From: Prasinococcaceae sp. CCMP 1430
Lineage: Eukaryota; Plantae; Prasinodermophyta
Reading direction: 5' to 3'
DNA: 64,000 nucleotides
Assembly: GCA_013416795.1 (NCBI GenBank)
Contig: RQSC01000757.1
Span: 35,367-99,366 of the forward strand
Below, one piece after another: positions 57,404 to 64,000 of the stretch. Within the stretch, counting starts at the first letter, position 1. The number at the start of each line of letters is the position of its first letter. Position numbers and translations under genes: made by a program. Under the pieces are notes generated by a model, which was not told where the DNA came from, searched no databases, and was given only the letters and a program-made list of their open reading frames with translations.

Positions 57404-59491
57404 TCAGCGACGCTCTGGGCCGGGGATGGGGCCCGGGGCCCCTTGCGCATCTTGTCCAGTGCCGTTCGCAGCAGCCCCGTCCCCATCGACCGCCTGCTCT
57501 CCATCGGCCCCGCCGTCGCCAGTGACATTAGCCTGTGGCGCAGACGGCAGCTCAGGCTGCGTGCCATTGATGGTGCCTCCACCCGCTGGAGGGCCTTGGC
57601 CGCCATCGTCACCCGCATGGTCCGATTCGTCCCCGCCCTGGCCGTCGCCCTCGCCTCCGCCATCTCCGTCGGGAAGGCTGGCGCCTGGGCTGCCGCCGAT
57701 ACCGCCGCCGCTGTTGTCATCGCCATCGCCGTCGCCGTCGCCGCCTCCGCCGACGACGCTGCTGTTGGTGGCACCGGAATCGTCGCCCCCGCCGCCAGCG
57801 TCTGGCGGCGGGTCGAATCCCTCGCCGCACCACACGCCGAGCCTGCAGCAGTACGACCCAGCATCCGCACAGCAGTCCTTGAGCACGAGGCATTTCGAGT
57901 CGCAGTAGCAGATGCGCTGCCCGCCTTTATACTGCAAGTTCGGATCGCACGCACTCGGCCCCTGCGCGGCGCACGTGTTGGCCTGGATCGGGTCTGCGGC
58001 GGGTGCGAGCGTCGGCGCCTGCGAGCCGGAGATCTGCTCAGCCGGGGACAGCCAGGGCACGTTGACGGTTTCGGGATCTTCCACGCACTGATTGGCAGCC
58101 TGACCGCCGACGTCGGCGCCGCCGATGACGATGCCTGCGGCCCCGCTTGAGCCGGAATCCGATGCGTTGGTCACCGAGGCACCGGTGGCACCTTCGGTGA
58201 TGCCCTGCTGGTCTCGCGTCCAAGGCACCCGGAGCTTCACATCACTCTTTCCGTCGATGCCGCTGGTGCCCGCGCTGCCAGGCGCCGCGGCGGTGCTCGG
58301 AGTGGGAACGAATTGATCGATGGCCCCTCCGAACCCGCCTTGACCTTCGCCGCCGTCCAGCTGGGCCCCAGCACCGCCGCAGGCGTCGCCGCTGCGCGCG
58401 GCGGGGCCTGCGCAGGCCACTCCCGTGCCGATTTGCGCGGCCGTCGTGGGCAACAGCGCCCCGGACGTGTCGGTCTTGCTCTTCAGAATCATGTCCAAGA
58501 TCCAGTCGGAGAAGCGCTCCATGCGCGTGTACACCCCGGGCCAGCCGGGTTGCGCGCACCCCCAGCCCCACGACGTCATCCCGGCCACCAGCGGCGTCCG
58601 TCCGTCCGAGGCGAGCACGGTGAGAGGGCCGCCCGAGTCCGCCTGGCAGGTGTCGATGCCGCCGGCCGCGCAGCCCGCGCACATCATGTGGTCGGACTCG
58701 TACCCCTCGGCGTACTCCGGCGCGCACGGCGGCGAGCCGTCGCCCGCGGACAGCACGCGCACGGAGGCCGCCTGCAGCGTGTCGCTCATGGGGCAGCCGA
58801 AGCACTCCCGCCCCCACCCGGATATGTAGGCGTCGGCGCCCTCGCGCAGCGCCTTGGCCTCCTTGCCGCCCAGCAGGCGCGCGGGGCGAACCTTGCCGCG
58901 CGCAGCGTCGAAGTCGATGCCGGGCGACAGGAGGCGCAGGATGGCCACGTCGGCCCGCGGCACCGCCGCGTGCGAGTAGTTCGGATGGATCGAGTAGTGC
59001 TCCACGATCGCCGCGACCGTCGGGTTGAGGACCTTCTGCCCGCGCGTGTCGCCGCTCGCGCCGCTGGACTCGGACGCGGGGGCGCCTTCCTCTGCCCCGG
59101 GCTGCGGCGGAGGGCCGCCGCCGCCCTCAGGCTGCTGCGGCCCGGTGGCGTTGACGCGCGAGCCGGTGGAGTCGCCCTGCTGGCCTGCGCTGGTGCCTGG
59201 CAGCAGCACGCGCGACAGGGCGTTGGCCTCGCTGAGCTTGGTGCGCCCGAAGCGCAGCTCGTACTCGCGCGGCAGGCGGCGCTCGTCGAGGCAATGCGCA
59301 GCGGTCATCGCGAAGCGGCTGGAGAGCAGCACCGCCCCGCACCACTGCCGCCCGCCCGAGAGCAGCGCGGCGCCGTGCGGGAAGTCCTCGATCTCCGCCG
59401 CGCGCCCCATCACCACGCGCGCCTGGGCGCTCGCGGGGCGCACCTCGCGCGCGAGGAGGGCCAGGAGGAGCGTTGCGAATAGGAAAGCCAT
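57404..59491 (-). CDS. Secreted trypsin-like (S1A) serine protease with a C-terminal somatomedin-B-like domain and a Gly/Asp-rich tail
   Basis: Signal peptide, AR|VVMG activation site, CGAVLL..TAAHC, ADVAILRL, DTCQADSGGP, SWGWGC..PGVYTR; SMB-like C..C..CYCDSKCLVLKDCCAD..C. Confidence 0.9.
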   Translation of the reverse strand: MAFLFATLLLALLAREVRPASAQARVVMGRAAEIEDFPHGAALLSGGRQWCGAVLLSSRFAMTAAHCLDERRLPREYELRFGRTKLSEANALSRVLLPGTSAGQQGDSTGSRVNATGPQQPEGGGGPPPQPGAEEGAPASESSGASGDTRGQKVLNPTVAAIVEHYSIHPNYSHAAVPRADVAILRLLSPGIDFDAARGKVRPARLLGGKEAKALREGADAYISGWGRECFGCPMSDTLQAASVRVLSAGDGSPPCAPEYAEGYESDHMMCAGCAAGGIDTCQADSGGPLTVLASDGRTPLVAGMTSWGWGCAQPGWPGVYTRMERFSDWILDMILKSKTDTSGALLPTTAAQIGTGVACAGPAARSGDACGGAGAQLDGGEGQGGFGGAIDQFVPTPSTAAAPGSAGTSGIDGKSDVKLRVPWTRDQQGITEGATGASVTNASDSGSSGAAGIVIGGADVGGQAANQCVEDPETVNVPWLSPAEQISGSQAPTLAPAADPIQANTCAAQGPSACDPNLQYKGGQRICYCDSKCLVLKDCCADAGSYCCRLGVWCGEGFDPPPDAGGGGDDSGATNSSVVGGGGDGDGDGDDNSGGGIGGSPGASLPDGDGGGEGDGQGGDESDHAGDDGGQGPPAGGGTINGTQPELPSAPQANVTGDGGADGEQAVDGDGAAANGTGQDAQGAPGPIPGPERR

Positions 59492-60199
59492 GCCCGGCGC
59501 CGACGCCCGGCGGCTCCTCGAGCGACTCGGAGGCGGCGGCGAGCACACCGTCGGGTCGCCTGCAAGCCCGGCATTGATGACACCAATCATGTCATCACGG
59601 CGATCCTGAAGGAGACGTCGCCCGCCCCGCCGCCCCTCGCCGGCCCGGGCGTCCCATCCGTGTCGGCCCGCGTGGGACCCTCCCGCCGCCGCGCGCCAGT
59701 CTGAACCCTCAAAGAAGCAGACTCTCTTTTCTCTTTATGAAGTACTTTGGACACCAACCTTTGGATGCTCTTGTCACCGCACTGAGCACANAGGGCCGTA
59801 CGCCGGCATTCCCTTCCCCGGCGATGCTTTGGGCTTCGCGCGCCCCCTCACGCCCCCCCCTGCCGCTCGCGCCGCCGCGGTCGCTCAGCGGTCGCCGATC
59901 AATTCCGCATTTCTGCGGAACGCGTCGCCGAAATCCGCGGCGGCCGCCGCGAAGCGCCGCGACCCAGCCATTCCAACGCCGTCGTTTCGGAGCAATGCGA
60001 CCATTCGAAAGTGTAAAAAACGCGCCGAAATACTGCCGAGCGGATGCGAACGCAAACCGCGCGGCCAGAAAAACGGTCGCGCGTGCTACGGGACGCCATT
60101 ATGCGCGCGCCTGAGCGCGGGGGTGGGAGCCGAGGCGGCGCCGGCGACTGAGCGCGCGCGCTCGCGGTTGACAACGTGACAGCTGGACCATTGTTCGCC

Positions 60200-60200
<1 letters not shown>

Positions 60201-60292
<92 letters not shown>

Positions 60293-60313
60293 NNNNNNNN
60301 NNNNNNNNNNNNN

Positions 60314-60404
<91 letters not shown>

Positions 60405-60572
60405 GTGTGTGTGTGTTGTGTGTGTGTGTGTGTGTGTTTTTGTGTGTGTGCAGAGCGACGCGCGCGCGCGCGCGCACACACACACACACACACGCTCTGC
60501 CCCCCCCCCCCACCCACCCACACACGCTCGCACACACACACACACACACGCACGCGGGCGCACACACACACG

Positions 60573-60612
<40 letters not shown>

Positions 60613-60640
60613 CACACGCTCGCACACACACACACACACA
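60201..60640. repeat. Compound inverted microsatellite (TG)n-(CG)n-(CA)n
   Basis: TG tract 60201-60450 with a short N run, a CGCGCG core near 60459-60474, then CA tracts to 60640. Confidence 0.9.
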
Positions 60641-61325
60641 AATCGTGCGGCCCACGAGCGCGTGCGCGTTGGCGGCGCGCGTCGATGCTCTCCAAGCCGG
60701 CTGCCGCTGGGCGCCACAGCCACAGCCTGTGCCTCGACACTCATTGTTGCATTTTAATGCCTGATGCCGACGCGTCGGTATATTGGTATCAGAAGACGGC
60801 TATCAAAACGAATGCGCACGTCCGACACCGACGAGAAAGCGATGAGAAACGGCGGCGCCAAAAAAAAAAAAAAACGGAAGCCCGCAAAAAAAAAACGGGC
60901 GGAAGAGCCGTTGCAGTTGACGCCGCGCCTTTCTTTCGAAAGTACCATCGAAATATCAGATTAATGGAATTTGAGAGAGTTATGTGATGATAATGTGAAA
61001 ATGAAGCGTAATTGAACTGGGGCCGCGTGGCTCCAAAGGCGAGGGGCTGCCGTGGGGCTCGCCGGAGCGGAGCGGGCGCGCGCGCCGCCACAGCGCGCGC
61101 GCCCACGCACGCCGGCGCCCGAGCGCGCCCACCCGCGCGTCGCGCTCGGATGCCGCGCTGTGGCACGCCCCGCTCTACCCCCGCGCCCCCCCTCCCCGCT
61201 CCCCCCTCCTCTGTCCACGCTGTGCGCTGCCGGAGCGCGCTGTCGCTGGTATGTTGGTGGCGTGCGCGCGTGCGGGCCGCTCCCTCCTCGCGCTCCCAGT
61301 TTTTCACACGGCAACGGCGCGAATC

Positions 61326-61392
61326 GCGATACCATCGCGATGGTCAGATGCCATCGATGCTCGATGGCAGATGACCATCGCTCGATGGTCTG
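61326..61392. other. Three tandem short palindromes with CCATCG..CGATGG arms
   Basis: ACCATCGCGATGGT, TGCCATCGATGCTCGATGGCA and GACCATCGCTCGATGGTC read directly. Confidence 0.7.
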
Positions 61393-62307
61393 CTCAGACC
61401 CGAGGCTCGAATGCTCCCCGCGGCCGCTCCGCTCCGCTTTTCGTTTTCGTTTGCTTTTGCGTGTTCGGCGCGATGCGGGCCGCCGGGGGTCCATCGGAGC
61501 GCACGCGTTCCGGCGGAGGGGCGGCCGCGCGCTCGCCGTTTCGCGTTCCGCGAGATTCGTGGCGGTGGTGGTTGTGGGGGGAAAGCGAGGGCGCCCGCGT
61601 GGCGCTCGGCGCAGGGAGGGGGAGCGGCGCCCAACCGCCGCGGCGGCGCGAGACGCCAGCGGGGGAGGGGACGAGAAAGGAGAGGGGGAGGAAACAGGCA
61701 CTGCGCGCGCACGCCGCGCGCCAGGGGCCAACGACCCTCCCCCCCCCTCCCCCCTGCGCGCGCGCGTGTGTATGGGGCAAAGGGTGGGCGCTCCCCTCCG
61801 CGCGCCGACGCCGCTCGCGTCAGCGCATGCTGCGCTTTGCGCCCGAACAGTTTGAATTCGCTTTCGCGCGCGCGAGAGGGCTCGCCCCGGGTGCCGGGCC
61901 GTCGGGGCGACATGGCGCGGCCGGCTGCGCAGGAGGCGCCTCGCACGATGCGGTGTGCTGCCCCCCCAACTTCCCCACCCCACCCCCACCCCCCACACAC
62001 CCACACAATTGCCCGCAGGGCGCCCATCGGGGCCGCCCGGGGGAAGCGGGCGCACCGCGAGGGCCGCGCGCGCGCTCGCGCTCGCGCGCGCGGACGTTCG
62101 CTCGGCGCCCCATGCTTCCTGCCCCGCGGGGCGGGAAGTCGCGGCGGGAGGAGCAGCGGCGCTCGATCGCACGCGCCCGCGCTGCTCGACGTCCTGCGGG
62201 GACGCGCTGACTCGCCTGCGCACACGAATGATGTCCGCGTGACCGCCTCTCGCGCACCCCGTGGCCCCGGCGGCGCGCCGCGCCGCGCCCGCAGCCGCGC
62301 GCTCGCG

Positions 62308-62738
62308 ATGTCTGCGCCCGGGGCCGCCGGCACCCTTCCCAACCTCCCGGGCTATCGCCCGAGCAAGGCGACCCAGCCGTCGAATCCCAAAAAGAGCGTG
62401 TTCCGCTGGGTGCAGGGCGCGCCGCTCTGCCTCGACGACGGCGATGTCGGCCCGAAGAACTTCACCGCCGGCGAGCCGCTCGACGCGCCCGCCAACGAGC
62501 TGAGCGCCGACGGCCTGGCGCCGCGCTACGGCGCGGGCCTCGGCGGCTCCGTGCCGGCGACCCCCACCGTGCCGCACTTCGTGACGGCCGACCGGCAGGT
62601 GCTCAGGTTCTACGGCTACTTCAAGGAGGGCGTCGTGGAGAGGGTGCGCCGGGGCGCACGGTCACCCCCGCGCAGAGGCGCCCGCGCCTGCCCCCACCCC
62701 CACCCACCCACCCCACACCACACACACCACACACACCA

Positions 62739-62804
<66 letters not shown>

Positions 62805-64000
62805 CGCGGCGCCCGCTGACCCGTGCTCCCGCCACGCGTGCGCGCCCGATGCCGTGTGCTCGCCCGCGGCCGCCAGATCGAGGAGAACTTCCGCGTGCGC
62901 AAGTGCGTCATCTACTACTACCTGACCGACGGCTCCATCCAAGTGGATGAGCCCAAGGACACCAACAGCGGCATCCCGCAAGGCGCCTTCCTCAAGCGAC
63001 ACCTCGTGCCCCTGTCGGCCACCGGCGGGGACGTCACCGCCATCGGGCCCCCCAGCAGCCGCGGTGGCTTCGTCGGGATCGGGCAGCTGCGGGTGGGCGC
63101 GTCGCTCGAGCTGTACGGGCGCACCTTCCACCTCGTGTCGTGCGATGCGTTCACGCGCAACTTCCTCGAGGCACGCGGCGTGGAGGTGCCGCAGGACATC
63201 GCCTACCCCGAGGCGCCGATGGCGTCGTACCTGGCGCGCCGCGAGCGCACGGTCAAGGCCGCACCGAAGGGCGACTACCACTCGCGCTTCTTTACGATGG
63301 ACCGCAAGGTTCTGCGCTTCTACGTCGTGTGGGACGACCGCGAGAGGCTCTACGGCGACAAGCACAAGTACGTGCTGAACTACTACCTTTCGGATGACAC
63401 CGCGGAGGTGCTCGAGGTGCACGACCCGCGCTCGGGCCGCGACCCGTTCCCAAAGCTGCTGCAGCGCATGCGCGTGCCGCGGAAGCCGACGGCCTCGAGC
63501 GCTGGCGTGCAGGTCGATGAGTCCGGCCGCAACCTGTTCGCGCCCGCTGGACCCGCATTCATCTCCGAAAAGGATCTCTTCATCGGCGCGTCGCTCCAGG
63601 TGTACGCGCGCACGCTCTACCTGTACGACTGCGATGCCTTCACGCGCGAGTACCTCAAGTCGGTGCATGGCTACACCGACGCGGACGTCGCGCCGCAGAA
63701 CGTGGTCACCCGCAAGGCTGCGCTTCCGCGCAACGAGCTGCCGCCGTGGAAGGGCGGCCTTTACGGCGGCGAGGAGGACAGCCGCCAGAACTGCCTGAGC
63801 ATTCAGCCAAAGCCGAAGCGCGGCGACTTCCACAAGCAGATGGAGAATGCGGGGACGACGCTGCGATTCACTTCCATTCTCGCGAGCGGCGCGGGTGGGA
63901 AAGAGCCGAGCGTGGTCGACAAGGGGCGCGTGTTCATCATCACATACTATTTGGAGAACGACACCATGGCCATCTTCGAGCCGCCGGTCAAGAACAGCGG
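62308..64000 (+). CDS. RIB72: EFHC1/Rib72 DM10-domain axonemal microtubule inner protein; exons 62308-62643 and 62877->64000, runs off the window
   Basis: LPNLPGY; DM10 repeats DRQVLRFYGYFKE..FRVRK..YYYLTDGSIQVDEPKDTNSGIPQGAFLKRH, DRKVLRFYVVWDD..YYLSDDTAEVLE..GRDPFPKLL, and a third starting LRFTS..YYLENDTMAIFEPPVKNSG. Confidence 0.93.

Noticed and set aside
57045-57404. Extra Cys-containing exon or small gene downstream of the protease
   Set aside because: No phase-consistent splice or recognisable motif; probably shared 3' UTR space.
60984-61020. C/D-box snoRNA (GTGATGA box C)
   Set aside because: No downstream CTGA D box or terminal stem seen.
1-64000. Hundreds of overlapping Arg/Ala/Pro-rich ORFs
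   Set aside because: Shadow frames expected from stop-codon scarcity at very high GC; no motifs.
1-64000. CRISPR arrays, rRNA, tRNA or prophage/viral insertions
   Set aside because: No regular repeat-spacer pattern, cloverleaf, rRNA-like sequence or viral hallmark gene found by eye.

Overview
This is eukaryotic, very GC-rich, gene-dense nuclear DNA from a gapped draft assembly. It has short GT-AG introns with GTGCG donors, CTGAC branch points and microsatellite-rich interiors. VDR, GPAT9, a UVH3-like XPG, TTTAGGG-type motifs and a TGTAA 3' signal point to a green alga, probably prasinophyte-grade (inference). About 20 genes can be read: a secreted-protein first exon, an MFS transporter, DNAAF9/C20orf194 (Shulin-like), GPAT9, an axonemal inner-arm dynein heavy chain, a ureidoglycolate lyase-like gene, a CUB plus Tweety/prominin-like membrane protein, XPG/UVH3, an amidase fragment joined to VDR, a HisC-like aminotransferase, frataxin, a U32/RlhA-like Fe-S protein, an ABC-F ATPase, an aldehyde oxidase-like molybdoflavoenzyme, a trypsin-like protease with a somatomedin-B domain, EFHC1/Rib72 and several orphans. 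I saw no rRNA, tRNA, CRISPR array or recognisable transposase. The best leads are: XPG with a C-terminal RPA32C-like winged helix; a CUB-Tweety/prominin fusion; a head-to-head RlhA-like/ABC-F pair; a dynein whose tail and motor seem to belong to different classes; and a recurring CCAT..ATGG palindromic intergenic element. Several oddities next to the N gaps are probably assembly artefacts. Family assignments come from motif recognition and recalled sequences; no database searches were run.
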